Source: a bacterium
Lineage (GTDB): Bacteria > Zhuqueibacterota > Zhuqueibacteria > Residuimicrobiales > Krinioviventaceae
Direction: 5' to 3'
Assembly: GCA_963693055.1 (NCBI GenBank)
Contig: OY843751.1
Location: 2,560,001-2,624,000, forward strand
DNA length: 64,000 bases
The notes beneath the pieces are model-generated. The model saw nothing but the letters and a program-made list of their open reading frames with translations. It searched no databases and had not been told where the DNA came from. This document shows, in pieces, positions 40,584 through 51,418 of the stretch (the stretch's first letter is position 1; every line of letters begins with the position of its first letter). The position numbers and the translations under genes were made by a program.

Positions 40584-41318
40584 ATGAAGCTAAAGATAAC
40601 AACGATTTTTGATAATTACGCATTATCCGATGAATTTAAAACTGAATGGGGTTTTTCCTGTATTATTGAATATGGTAATGAATTTATCTTATTCGATACT
40701 GGAAATGATTCCAATATTTTGTTAGAGAATATGAAATTGTTGGGATTTGATCCTAACGACATTACCCAGATTTTTATTTCACATATGCATTGGGACCATG
40801 TAGGAGGGCTTCTTGGATTCCTCCAAATTAACTCAAAGGTGAGATTGTTTCTGGTTGCCTCTGCACTTGATGATGATATTAAATATATGAAACAATACGT
40901 GAAAAGCATTGTACTGATTGATTCCATAACTGAGATATTACCAGGCGTATTTTCTTTAGGAGATATGCCTGGATATCTTAATGAACAGTCATTGCTTGTA
41001 AAGGTGAATAGTGGTGTTGTTGTTATTACTGGCTGCGCCCATCCTGGTATTGATTATATTCTGGATACATGTCAATCCATGTTTCCTGGTGAAACGGTAA
41101 AGCTCTTGATGGGTGGTTTTCATTTATTACACGATAACCAAAACCAGGTTTCAGCTCATATTCAATATTTATTGCAATCTAATATTGGTCATATTTCACC
41201 CTCTCACTGTACAGGAGATGAAGCTATTGATGCCATAAAAAATGCGTTTGGCGATAAATATCTTCAAGGTGGTGTAGGTTTTTCAACAATTTTTGATCTA
41301 GATGAGGAGGTATTATGA
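40584..41318 (+). CDS. MBL-fold metallo-hydrolase
   Basis: WGFS, FDTG, SHMHWDHVGG, GCAHPG, GGFHL, HCTG. Confidence 0.9.
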   Translation: MKLKITTIFDNYALSDEFKTEWGFSCIIEYGNEFILFDTGNDSNILLENMKLLGFDPNDITQIFISHMHWDHVGGLLGFLQINSKVRLFLVASALDDDIKYMKQYVKSIVLIDSITEILPGVFSLGDMPGYLNEQSLLVKVNSGVVVITGCAHPGIDYILDTCQSMFPGETVKLLMGGFHLLHDNQNQVSAHIQYLLQSNIGHISPSHCTGDEAIDAIKNAFGDKYLQGGVGFSTIFDLDEEVL

Positions 41319-41674
41319 AAGTAGCACATTATACCGATATACCAGCAAAAGTATTTGGCAGCGAAGCGCCAAATACATCAATCCGTGTTTTGATCAATGA
41401 TGAAAATGATAATGCACCTGTTTATAATCTAAGAATGATTGAGATAGGTGTTGAAGGAAATACACCTGACCATTCTCATCCATATGAACATGAGAACTTT
41501 GTTGTAGAAGGCAATGGTGCAGTAATGATTGATGGTACCTGGTATGAGTTGAAACAGGGAGATGTTGTATTAGTTCCGGCTAATATTCGACATCAATATA
41601 AAAACACGGGTAACTCTGTCTTTAAATTTCTTTGTGGAATTCCTAATTCCAAAATTCAATCTGTGATTGAATAG
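41315..41674 (+). CDS. Cupin domain protein
   Basis: HSHPYEHENFVVEG...VPANIRH. Confidence 0.9.
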   Translation: MKVAHYTDIPAKVFGSEAPNTSIRVLINDENDNAPVYNLRMIEIGVEGNTPDHSHPYEHENFVVEGNGAVMIDGTWYELKQGDVVLVPANIRHQYKNTGNSVFKFLCGIPNSKIQSVIE

Positions 41675-43055
41675 CAGATTGTGTTTTTATTTTATCTATA
41701 ATAAAAACAATTAAAGTACTAACCAATCCCGGATAGATCGGCTCAATTGAAAACAGTGGTATTGATTGACCATAAGCTGGTTTTAATATAGTCCAACCCA
41801 ATGAAAAAAACGCTCCCGCCAGAATGCATACTTTAGCCCCGGTTGTACTCATTTTCAATTTGTGAAAAAAACTGCTCACAACCGGAATTAACAATGCCGG
41901 GGTTGTAATTGAACCTAGTTGCTTCCATAGTTCAATTACAGATTGACCATACAAAGCTAATCCTATAGAAAAAATTGTTGAAATAATTAATCCGATACGA
42001 GTATAGTATTGGATGCGGTTTTCATCTTTCCCTGAAAATCTCCACAAACAATCCCTGCCAATGGTTATTGCGGCTAAAAGCGAATAACTGTCAACTGTAG
42101 ACATAATTGTTGCAAGCAAGCCCGCAAAAAATAGTCCTGTTACAACAGGAGGTAATACAGTAACTGCCAAATCAAGATAACTGGTAACCGGATTTGAAAG
42201 ATTAGGCAAAATCGCTTTAGCGTAAAGTCCTGTCATTGTTGTTAGAAAATCAAAAAATATCCAAAATATTACAGAGATTATAATTCCCTTTTTTACAACA
42301 GAGGGATGACGAGCTGCAAAGCAACGCTGATAAAAAGCCGGTTCAACCAATGTTGATAATGCAATAAAAAACCACATGATAATGTATATGGCTCCTTGTC
42401 CACCATGCCATACAAAATGGGTAGGAGGTAAGGAAGTTTTTAGAAAATGGAATCCTCCATAGTTCTGAAAACAAAATGTTAGTAAAAGAATAAATCCTGT
42501 AAACATGAGCGAAAATTGCAAATAATCCGTTTTAACAACAGATTTAAAACCACCGGCAAAAACATAGATAAAACTGAATGATGCACCTATGACAATTCCT
42601 ATCCAGAGAGGCCAATTGAAAAAGAATTGCAGCAATACACCCAGCATCAAGACATAAGCTGCTGGTGCTGTAAATATGAACACAAATACAGCACCCATTA
42701 AAGATACTGGTTTGTCATAAGTCTTTTCCAATAATTGAGGAATAGTCAACAGCTGAGATGTCTGAACTTTTTTTGCTAAAAGAAAAGCGAATAATAATGC
42801 TGCTGTATAATATGGAACACCAAATACAATCCAGTTCGAGATCCCGTACAAGTAAGAGAATTCACCTACACCTAAAATTCCCCCATACCAAGTTGACACA
42901 AGAGTTGCTACAAATGCCGGCAATGTTAATTGTCTGCCACCTAGAAGGAAATTATTTGCATCCTTATTATCTTTTGAGCGATAAAAAGTTAGACCTAAAA
43001 TAAATACGAATAAAAGATAGAGTAATATGATCAATGTATCTATTAAAGAAAGCAC
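41643..43055 (-). CDS. Sodium:solute symporter family protein
   Basis: FLLGGR, STWYGG, FYQRCFAA, ATIMSTVDS. Confidence 0.88.
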   Translation of the reverse strand: MLSLIDTLIILLYLLFVFILGLTFYRSKDNKDANNFLLGGRQLTLPAFVATLVSTWYGGILGVGEFSYLYGISNWIVFGVPYYTAALLFAFLLAKKVQTSQLLTIPQLLEKTYDKPVSLMGAVFVFIFTAPAAYVLMLGVLLQFFFNWPLWIGIVIGASFSFIYVFAGGFKSVVKTDYLQFSLMFTGFILLLTFCFQNYGGFHFLKTSLPPTHFVWHGGQGAIYIIMWFFIALSTLVEPAFYQRCFAARHPSVVKKGIIISVIFWIFFDFLTTMTGLYAKAILPNLSNPVTSYLDLAVTVLPPVVTGLFFAGLLATIMSTVDSYSLLAAITIGRDCLWRFSGKDENRIQYYTRIGLIISTIFSIGLALYGQSVIELWKQLGSITTPALLIPVVSSFFHKLKMSTTGAKVCILAGAFFSLGWTILKPAYGQSIPLFSIEPIYPGLVSTLIVFIIDKIKTQSAIQSQIEFWN

Positions 43056-43137
43056 ATTATTTCCGGATTAGTTGATTGATATGTTTAAAGAATGGTAAGA
43101 GTTTTTAGCAGGGAATACGTTCCCCCCAATATGGTGC

Positions 43138-43620
43138 TTATATAAATGTTTTAACAATTTCATTTTGAATGGTCTGCAAGTCTGAATAGGCTTTGTTGAT
43201 TTCACTTATTTTGGATTGCAGCTTTTTCATCAGTTTTTGCTTCTCAAGACCATTTCTAAAAATGATCAACAGATCATCATTATCCCAGGGTTTTTCAATA
43301 TATTGAAACAAGCCTACTTCATTAATAGCTTTAATAGCATTTTCTTTATCAGCATAGCCGGTTAATATGATTCTGGGTACTTCGGGTTTTAAATCTCGAA
43401 CTTTGGCTAAAAAGGAAATTCCATCCATTTCAGGCATTAAATAATCTGAAACTACAAGATGTACATCATTTTCTTTAATGTAATCCAGTGCTTCACTTGC
43501 CAAAGTAAAGGTTTTTACCTGGTAATCTGTTTCCAACATGAGGAATGAATTCAAGCTTGAAAGTACAATCTCCTCATCATCAACAATTACTATACTTTCT
43601 TTATCTGAACTTTTCTCCAT
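43138..43620 (-). CDS. Response regulator (REC plus coiled coil)
   Basis: VDDE, SDYLMPEMDG, LTGYAD, KPW. Confidence 0.92.
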   Translation of the reverse strand: MEKSSDKESIVIVDDEEIVLSSLNSFLMLETDYQVKTFTLASEALDYIKENDVHLVVSDYLMPEMDGISFLAKVRDLKPEVPRIILTGYADKENAIKAINEVGLFQYIEKPWDNDDLLIIFRNGLEKQKLMKKLQSKISEINKAYSDLQTIQNEIVKTFI

Positions 43621-43727
43621 GATTTACTCCTGAAATATCCTTTACAAATCAACCATATTGTCAATTTATTATAACATGAAAAGTAATAAATAATATTATC
43701 AATCTCAATAGTAAAATTTTGTTTTTT

Positions 43728-44186
43728 TTAATCTTGATTTGTATTTTGATTAGTGGGAATATCTATTCGAACGCGTCCAACAAGCCGACGTAATCTTTTC
43801 GACATGGTTTTAAGTACCCCTTGAGTGATACGTGTGTGATCAGATAATAAATCATAAAAATCGTCACGATCTATGCGAAGCAGGTGTGTTGGTTCCAAAG
43901 TTTTTGCAGTAGCAACTCGAGGTTCATCATCAAAAAGGGCCCATGTGCCCATAACATCTTTTTTACCTGCATCCATGATTTTCTGTTCATTGTGGCTAAC
44001 TCTCACAAGACCATCGACAACAATATACAGAGCATCTGACGGATCTCCTTCTTTATAGATCACATAATCCGTATCATAGTTGTATTCTTCTGTTATTGCT
44101 GCAATAAAAGCCAAATCACCTGTTGTTGTATTTTCAAATACATCAACCTCTTGCAGCAGTAATACTTTTTCAATGATTGTGAGCAT
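43728..44186 (-). CDS. Stand-alone cyclic nucleotide-binding domain protein
   Basis: IYKEGD..DALYIVVDG, GTWALFDDEPRVATA. Confidence 0.88.
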   Translation of the reverse strand: MLTIIEKVLLLQEVDVFENTTTGDLAFIAAITEEYNYDTDYVIYKEGDPSDALYIVVDGLVRVSHNEQKIMDAGKKDVMGTWALFDDEPRVATAKTLEPTHLLRIDRDDFYDLLSDHTRITQGVLKTMSKRLRRLVGRVRIDIPTNQNTNQD

Positions 44187-44196
44187 ATAACCTCGT

Positions 44197-47001
44197 TTAA
44201 TTTGCCATCATTTGGTAATATAAACCTATTGTTTGTTTTACCAATGGATCATTATTGATATTCAAATTTTCGACAAGTGTGTTGTATTCAGATTTTTTTA
44301 ATACTGAAATATAATAAATTGTACAACTTTTTAACCAGCTATTATTAACTGTTAATAAAAACGTTAATGCATCTGTTTCATCTTTAATTACATGATGATG
44401 ATCCATTTGCAAAGGTTTATTTTCAATCTCACTTTTATCGTCTTCAAGCAAAGGGAGAATGATTTTTTTTAATCTTGAATGTAAAAGGTTATCTAAAAAT
44501 TCCACAGCATTTGCTGTGCTGTCGTTTTGTTGACTCGTTACAGCAAGATATGCATTGTAAATGTCTCCGGGGGGATAATAAAGTCCCAATAGTCTAAATG
44601 TTCTTTCTAAAATATCTTCCATATGTTCTGTTATTGATCTTGACAATAACAACTTGGCTTTAATTTGCTGTTCTGTTAAATCTTTAATATTATTAGAAAA
44701 TACCTGATGAACTGATAACAAATTATAATATTTTTCAGTTTCTGTAAATATAATATCTTCTATTATTTCTAATTCAAATTTTAACATGGGATTTCCATCC
44801 CGTAATTTATTCAATGCCTTTAACACCCTGTATCTAAAGCCGGGATCCCCGGTATTTATATGATTAATCAAAATGTTTGCAGAATCTTGTGTATTGATCG
44901 ATGATAAAACTTTGGGAATAGCATACATTAGCCTAAAATCTGTTTCTTTGTTATGTAAAATAGAATCCATTTCAGGTAATATGGCTTCACCATATAGAGC
45001 CAAGGCATTTCTTGCAAGTGTTTTGTGTGTTTTATGAGTAAGGTACTCTGTCAAAGTTGGAATGAATAAAGGATCTCGGGTATTTCCACTTTGAACAATT
45101 GCCGATTGTACAACAGCAATTGATTCATCCTTTAATAATTCAAGCATGTATGGATATAACAACTTTTCAGAACTGATGCCAATAACTTTGGTTATTGTTA
45201 TGTTTATGAAATTCCTTTGATTACTGTCTAGTTCACGTATACAACTCTGTTGAATAAATTCATGGTAAAGGTCTGATATATTTATTTTTTTACGAAACAA
45301 TGCATCGTTCTTGAATTGGATAGATGCTGCCAACATTGCCGCACTACATATTTTATAATCACTGTTGGATATTAAAGCGCCTATCAGATTCTCACTTTCT
45401 TTATCATGCCTGAGTAAAAACAAAATAGCTTCAACTTTGATGTCAAAGTGATTGTCGCTCAACATATTGCGAACTTTATCTATAAATGCATCTGGTTCGT
45501 AATTTTGAATGATTTCCAATGTTTTTAATCGTATTTGATGAGATTTATGGTTCAATAAATTATGTAGAATGGGTGCAAGTTGTGGGTTAATATTATTTTC
45601 CAGTAGATCTAGCACATATATCAACTGCCGGGTATTATCAGTTTCCAGTATTTGCTTAAAATAGGCAACCATGGTTGCATCATCAATTTTAGTGGTTTGT
45701 TGACTGGGATCAATAGATCTTTTTTCAATGGCTAGTCTGAATGAATTCAGGTATTCACTTTTTACTTTGATGATGAGATAAAGCCAAACTATGATTAACA
45801 GAATAATAACAATGCTCAAATGCGCTACAGATAAATGAAGATTTGTAACCAGTATGATTAATAAAAGTCCGCTTATACCCGTAGCAAGACTATCAATAAA
45901 AACATCAATAAATGCTTTGGTTTGGTTTTTCATTTTACCAGGTATTGGAACGGTTAACAGTTCCAGCCCTGCTTTATTTATGGATTGTTTGAAACCACCA
46001 TCCGCAACTTTGATGATTATTGCTGACCAGAGTGCCGGTTGAAGTAAAATACTTATGGCTCCGGCTAAAATACCAACAGGCAGGAAATAGAGCGACGTTG
46101 CAACGCCAAATAATTTAAATATTCTACCGGTGAGAAACATTTGTATCAATAAAGACGCCACACTGAGATTCGACAACCAAAACCCAAAAAATGCTGTAAG
46201 TTTATCTTTATCTTTAATGATATCACTTGCAATTGCATTAAACTGGTAATCGACCAGGTTGGCTACCATAACGCCTACACCCACAATTAATGCCAGATAT
46301 AACAAGTGGCGTGATTTTGATATGATTTTGATTGCGTTACCCGGTTTTTCACCTTTACGTCTTTTTTCTTCTTTTAATAATTTTTGAGTATAATTATCAC
46401 GGGTATCTTTTTGCCATATTAATGATAAAAGTACAATACATATAATTAAAAAAAGCGCACAAAGTAACAGCATATTCGACGTGCCAAGAATAGGAGCCAG
46501 CAAACGAGTCATATAGCCCCCGGCAATACCTCCGGAAATAGCTCCTGAGCCTATAAAGCCAAACAGGCGTTTGGCTTGTCTGGCATCAAATACATAATTG
46601 GCTAATAACCAGAATTGAGATGTTGTTATGACACCAAATAACGCAACCCAGATATATATAACAAAAAAAAACCAGCCTGCATTATAATTTATTTTTAATA
46701 ATCCCCAGAATATTAACAACGAGAATATAGATATTAATAAGGTACTTTTTATTAATTTATTAAAATGTACCCTTTTAGACATGCGTGTATATAATTCAAT
46801 GATGCCTGCCGCAAAGACAGCAACCAGCATAAATGCCCATGGCAGCATATGCACACCATAATGCGTCAGAAATAATGAATTTCGTACTGGTTTGGCAATT
46901 AGTAATGAAGCAATAATCAGAAAAATGTATGAGAACATTAACAGTGTTTTATGAACTTCATTTTGTTTTATGTTAAATAATGTATTAAAAATTCTGGACA
47001 T
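44197..47001 (-). CDS. Npt1/Npt2 (Tlc, AAA family) nucleotide transporter fused to HEAT repeats
   Basis: KPVRNSLFL, SQFWLLAN..FDARQAKRLFG, LVDYQF, TKAFID, then a long helical HEAT-like tail. Confidence 0.85.
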   Translation of the reverse strand: MSRIFNTLFNIKQNEVHKTLLMFSYIFLIIASLLIAKPVRNSLFLTHYGVHMLPWAFMLVAVFAAGIIELYTRMSKRVHFNKLIKSTLLISIFSLLIFWGLLKINYNAGWFFFVIYIWVALFGVITTSQFWLLANYVFDARQAKRLFGFIGSGAISGGIAGGYMTRLLAPILGTSNMLLLCALFLIICIVLLSLIWQKDTRDNYTQKLLKEEKRRKGEKPGNAIKIISKSRHLLYLALIVGVGVMVANLVDYQFNAIASDIIKDKDKLTAFFGFWLSNLSVASLLIQMFLTGRIFKLFGVATSLYFLPVGILAGAISILLQPALWSAIIIKVADGGFKQSINKAGLELLTVPIPGKMKNQTKAFIDVFIDSLATGISGLLLIILVTNLHLSVAHLSIVIILLIIVWLYLIIKVKSEYLNSFRLAIEKRSIDPSQQTTKIDDATMVAYFKQILETDNTRQLIYVLDLLENNINPQLAPILHNLLNHKSHQIRLKTLEIIQNYEPDAFIDKVRNMLSDNHFDIKVEAILFLLRHDKESENLIGALISNSDYKICSAAMLAASIQFKNDALFRKKINISDLYHEFIQQSCIRELDSNQRNFINITITKVIGISSEKLLYPYMLELLKDESIAVVQSAIVQSGNTRDPLFIPTLTEYLTHKTHKTLARNALALYGEAILPEMDSILHNKETDFRLMYAIPKVLSSINTQDSANILINHINTGDPGFRYRVLKALNKLRDGNPMLKFELEIIEDIIFTETEKYYNLLSVHQVFSNNIKDLTEQQIKAKLLLSRSITEHMEDILERTFRLLGLYYPPGDIYNAYLAVTSQQNDSTANAVEFLDNLLHSRLKKIILPLLEDDKSEIENKPLQMDHHHVIKDETDALTFLLTVNNSWLKSCTIYYISVLKKSEYNTLVENLNINNDPLVKQTIGLYYQMMAN

Positions 47002-47021
47002 TCAGTAATTTGCACCTGTAA

Positions 47022-48350
47022 TTATTGATTAAAGCTGGCAACTCTTTTTTTATTTTCAATACCAATTGCTATGGCAATAATTATCCAGATTGTGACTAGT
47101 GCAATGTTAAACAGCGCAAACTGTTTGGTATGAAATGCTAAAAAATTTGTACCCAGATAAACAACCAATGCCGATAAAACATCACCTGCCCTTACAAAAA
47201 ACGTATCAATTGCCTGTTTGGCATTATACTTTTCTTCACGGGTGGTTGGAAGGAACAATACTTGTCTTACTGTATTCTGTAAAGAATAATCTGTTGAATT
47301 TTCAAATATCTTGGCCCATTTTACAAACATTAAAACAGGATAAAAAGCCATAATAAAATAACCGCCCAATGCAATAAATGGGAGAACCAGTAAAGCAACT
47401 CGAATACCTATATATTTTAAGATCCTTGAAACCAGAAACAATTGTATGATTAATCCCGCAATGTTGACAATGGTAAAGAAATCAGCATAAAATTTTCCAA
47501 TGTATTCTTTAACCATATCACCCGAACCAGGATCAGTTATCATTTTTGATGCGGCTTCAGTAACTGTTCTTCCAAGAATGTATTCACCTGTTGTATTTAC
47601 CCAATTGAGAAATAATAATAAAAACGCAATCAGCAATAGATATTTGTTTTTAAGAACCAGACCAAATCCATTGCCTTTTTTTAAAGGTTCAACAATGACT
47701 TGTTTTATTTCATCATTCAACTGGACAGTGTTTTTTTGACGTTTATCTACCAGGTTTGTTAACAATAAAGAAATCAATAACAATGCTCCAGAAAGCAGCA
47801 ATAACTGATAAACTCCTAAAACACCTATTAATCTGCCTGTGATATAGCTTCCAAAAACTGCACCTGATGAAGCTCCAAAAGCAACAATAACAAAGATCCG
47901 TTTACCATCTTCCGGAGTATACAAATCATTGGCAAATGACCAGAATTGAGCAATTACCATAAGATTGAAAATTCCAACCCATAAATAAAAGACAACGCCC
48001 AGGGGTACATTAAACTGGGCCAGGATATAAAACACAACTAAACACCCTGTAAAAAACAGTGTTACAATATTTATTAGCGGCTTACGTGGAAAACGGCTTG
48101 CAAGCCAACCATATAATGGAACAACTCCCAGTAGTAATATCGCTTGTCCCGCAGCGGCATAGCTTTTTACTTCTGCACCACCACCGGCAAGAATTAGGGC
48201 TTCTCTAACCGGTTTAATGATATAATAAGAAGTTAAGAGTAGAAACAAGTTGACGAATAACAACAGCGCTGATACACCTTCACCAGCCTTAACTTCGGTA
48301 AAGATGTTTAAAAATCTTTCCAGATAACTTTTAGATCTGTTTTCCAACAT
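47022..48350 (-). CDS. Npt1/Npt2 family nucleotide (ATP/ADP) transporter
   Basis: YYIIKPVREALIL, QFWSFANDLY, ENSTDYSLQNT, KYNAKQAIDTFFVR. Confidence 0.88.
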   Translation of the reverse strand: MLENRSKSYLERFLNIFTEVKAGEGVSALLLFVNLFLLLTSYYIIKPVREALILAGGGAEVKSYAAAGQAILLLGVVPLYGWLASRFPRKPLINIVTLFFTGCLVVFYILAQFNVPLGVVFYLWVGIFNLMVIAQFWSFANDLYTPEDGKRIFVIVAFGASSGAVFGSYITGRLIGVLGVYQLLLLSGALLLISLLLTNLVDKRQKNTVQLNDEIKQVIVEPLKKGNGFGLVLKNKYLLLIAFLLLFLNWVNTTGEYILGRTVTEAASKMITDPGSGDMVKEYIGKFYADFFTIVNIAGLIIQLFLVSRILKYIGIRVALLVLPFIALGGYFIMAFYPVLMFVKWAKIFENSTDYSLQNTVRQVLFLPTTREEKYNAKQAIDTFFVRAGDVLSALVVYLGTNFLAFHTKQFALFNIALVTIWIIIAIAIGIENKKRVASFNQ

Positions 48351-48417
48351 GACAACTCCGGTAATTTTGATTCTAGTAATATATTTATTTTATGTACATT
48401 ATAAAAGTCGTTTTTTT

Positions 48418-50016
48418 CTAATGGGTTACTCCTACCAGTTTAATTTCTCCATTTTCCCTTTTAATGATATGGAATTCAGCAGGGGGCAAATAATCTTTGT
48501 TATTTAATTTAGAAATATTTACTACAAGATAATTGTCTGCTTTAGCAAACATTTCAGATGATAGGGGGATCAATATTTCATCATTATTTACCTGATATAG
48601 AGTATTGTTTGATTGGATTAAATTTGCATCGTCTTTAATATTTAATTGATAATATTGAGAATCCTGATTGTCTACAATGCCAAATGCAATATCCTTTAAC
48701 ACAAGTGTGTCGTTTTTTATTTTAATAAATTCAAGGGGGGTAACCTGATTTAAATAATATTTGAGCACTTTGGTTTTTCGTCTTTCAAGGGTTGCCAACA
48801 TGTACTTTGCTGCCGCTTTATTAGGATAATGAGCTGAATCAACCAGAGCATTTAAATGCTCCAAGGTTACATTTGAAAGAATTTTGGCCGCCCAATAATT
48901 ATCACCAGGCTGACTATATTGTATAGGATCAAAAGGATGAGATTCTTTCCATTTTTCCGGTTTGAATAGCGTTGCCTCAAATGTGCCCACAGATGGCCAG
49001 GGTGTATAGCTCGCTTTTTCCCAATCCTGCACCAGTAATCCCATGGTAAAGAAATTAAGGAAAATATCATTTAAACTGAAATTATGATTAAAGCCGGCCC
49101 ATAATTTTTTACTTCTTGTGGCAAACGTTCCAAAAGCATCATCAAAATCTATCATATAATGTTTGACGTATCCTTTATTCTGTTCGCCTACATAAATGTC
49201 AAAAAGGTTGTCACTGCCAATTTCTGACATGTTGGTAAAAGAGGCAAACACCCGTAACGCTCTCAGAATTCTTCGCTCCTCATGAGGAAAAAGATCATTG
49301 GCGTCTTCATGCCTTACACCTTTGGAAGGTGAAGGTCCCATTGGTAATCCCTCAATAATACGGCTTGCAATGGATCTAAAAGATCCATTCTCAGGCTCAA
49401 CCGTGCGGGATAAAATTTTATCAAGCCCTGTTTCATCAAGATCGCTCGTTGAATCAATCTGTAAATCTCTACGCTCAAAATAAAACAATTGATCTTCAGG
49501 AACATTATATCCAAAACCCCAAAATAGTCGATTTACAATAAATGATGTTGAGGTAGCAATAGACGGATATCCTTGTGGGTCCATTTTCAACATATAATGA
49601 TTATCATTACTGTCTTTAATAAATAAACGTGGGGTGGTATCTGCTTTGCGCACTCTGATAACAGTCAAGGGTGGGACAGGGGGACCAAATTCTGTTGGTC
49701 CTTTAGCAAGTTCTGCTGGTGTAATGTCTTGGTAACCCAATCTCGGGATATACCAGCTTGAAGCCGGAACCTGGTCCATGCTGTTTACATCTCTGGCCTG
49801 GTTATTGGGTGCAATAAAAAAACTTTCAACTACTGGCTTGGGGGCCAATACATTTGCATAATATTCGAAACGGTTGTTGAATACTGTTTTGGGTAAAGGG
49901 ATAGGGGATATATCATTATAATACATGACCGGTTCTTTATCTGCAAAACGATACGTTTGTGGCGCGCATGCACTGAATAATACCATGAATAATAATATGT
50001 GTCTGATTTTGATCAT
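48418..50016 (-). CDS. Uncharacterised lipoprotein with kinase-like motifs
   Basis: ATG 50016, lipobox LFSAC; YMLKMDP, DNLFD, YMIDFDDAFG. Confidence 0.6.
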   Translation of the reverse strand: MIKIRHILLFMVLFSACAPQTYRFADKEPVMYYNDISPIPLPKTVFNNRFEYYANVLAPKPVVESFFIAPNNQARDVNSMDQVPASSWYIPRLGYQDITPAELAKGPTEFGPPVPPLTVIRVRKADTTPRLFIKDSNDNHYMLKMDPQGYPSIATSTSFIVNRLFWGFGYNVPEDQLFYFERRDLQIDSTSDLDETGLDKILSRTVEPENGSFRSIASRIIEGLPMGPSPSKGVRHEDANDLFPHEERRILRALRVFASFTNMSEIGSDNLFDIYVGEQNKGYVKHYMIDFDDAFGTFATRSKKLWAGFNHNFSLNDIFLNFFTMGLLVQDWEKASYTPWPSVGTFEATLFKPEKWKESHPFDPIQYSQPGDNYWAAKILSNVTLEHLNALVDSAHYPNKAAAKYMLATLERRKTKVLKYYLNQVTPLEFIKIKNDTLVLKDIAFGIVDNQDSQYYQLNIKDDANLIQSNNTLYQVNNDEILIPLSSEMFAKADNYLVVNISKLNNKDYLPPAEFHIIKRENGEIKLVGVTH

Positions 50017-50017
50017 A

Positions 50018-51373
50018 TTAATAAAATGAAACTCCAATATCTGCGTGTAATCGTAAGCCTTCTGAACCATAAATGATTTTAATATTTGCCATTTCATCAT
50101 CTCTGCTATGTAAATCAAAAATAAAACCTGCCGCCCAAACCGAGTGAGTAAAAGATAGTTTTCTATAATCAGAACTTGCTGTAAGATAATCTGCAAAAAT
50201 ATGAGCACCAATATTTTGAGATAATGGCCAGCTATACTGAATTGATGGTATTAGCAAATGATTGTCTAACCTGAGATATGTTCTTTCATTTACACCTCTA
50301 AATTGCTCATGATGGGGATATTCTGTGAATGGAATAATCTTGTTTTTATCTAAATTGCGAATCGCATGAACCGTTAATTTAGGGGTCAAGATTCTGTTGT
50401 TATTTAATACAGCAAACCGTTTATAAACCGTAATGCCAGATTTCAGAGATAAATTGGGATTGTTACCAAATCCTCGGTTTATACCTGTATAGGCTTCAAA
50501 AATACTTCCTGTCGAAAAATATCGGGTGTTGGGTTGTGAATCAAATTTTAAGGACAGTTCATTATACCATTGATTGTAAGTTGAATTCATGCCTGGTATA
50601 GAGCTTGTTAAAAATGTATGTGAAACCCAATTATCACCTTCAAATGCATCTTTGACTATTCTCTGGTCAAATGATGTCATTAAATAAAAATTGAAATTAG
50701 GCAAAGGTTTATAACCGGAAATGAGACGGACCGCTGTATGCTCTTGAAAAAAATATCCATATTTTGACTTTGGATTTTTTACATACTGGTTTCTGGAATC
50801 ATTTCTGGGATCGGCTCCAAAACCATAATACTTTCTATCATCATCGTATTCATGTAATACTTCAAAGTTGAGTCGAATTAACCGGTCGTCATGATTTACA
50901 AAATAGGATGCTCGTGTTTCTATTTTATATTTTTCTTCGTCAGCATATTTTGCTTTGAGCGTTAATTGAACAGGAGATTTTTTCATGATAAAGTTGATGC
51001 CTATGCGGGGACGCAAACCTGATGTAAGACTGGCAGTAGGGTACCAACCCAAGGTTTTATCCTGTGTAAAGAAAATATATTCCAAATCGTTTATAAATTT
51101 GGGATTATTGACAAGCTCTATACCATAACCTGATGCGTATTTGATACCTGCGGAAAATTGTTCAGGAACAAACAATACTGTTTTTTTTAATGTATATAGT
51201 GCTCTAAACCCTGCTTTTTCATCTCGCTCAATTCCACGTATATGCATATATGCTTGTTGAGATGTTGATAAAGTCTTTTGCTTTACCTGCAATGAATCCG
51301 TGTTATTGGTGTTAGCAGCTAATGCAGAATATATGATAAATTGTAATATTGTAATATATAATAGCTTTTTCAT
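50018..51373 (-). CDS. BamA/TamA-like outer-membrane beta-barrel protein
   Basis: Signal peptide, YYGFG, FRG..R motif, terminal aromatic (GVSFY). Confidence 0.6.
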   Translation of the reverse strand: MKKLLYITILQFIIYSALAANTNNTDSLQVKQKTLSTSQQAYMHIRGIERDEKAGFRALYTLKKTVLFVPEQFSAGIKYASGYGIELVNNPKFINDLEYIFFTQDKTLGWYPTASLTSGLRPRIGINFIMKKSPVQLTLKAKYADEEKYKIETRASYFVNHDDRLIRLNFEVLHEYDDDRKYYGFGADPRNDSRNQYVKNPKSKYGYFFQEHTAVRLISGYKPLPNFNFYLMTSFDQRIVKDAFEGDNWVSHTFLTSSIPGMNSTYNQWYNELSLKFDSQPNTRYFSTGSIFEAYTGINRGFGNNPNLSLKSGITVYKRFAVLNNNRILTPKLTVHAIRNLDKNKIIPFTEYPHHEQFRGVNERTYLRLDNHLLIPSIQYSWPLSQNIGAHIFADYLTASSDYRKLSFTHSVWAAGFIFDLHSRDDEMANIKIIYGSEGLRLHADIGVSFY

Positions 51374-51418
51374 TCGTAATATTTTCCGCAAGTGTGTCTT
51401 AAATATTATCGAGCATTT

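Noticed and set aside
43056-43137. Riboswitch upstream of the SSS transporter
   Set aside because: The interval is short and lacks recognisable TPP or other aptamer consensus.
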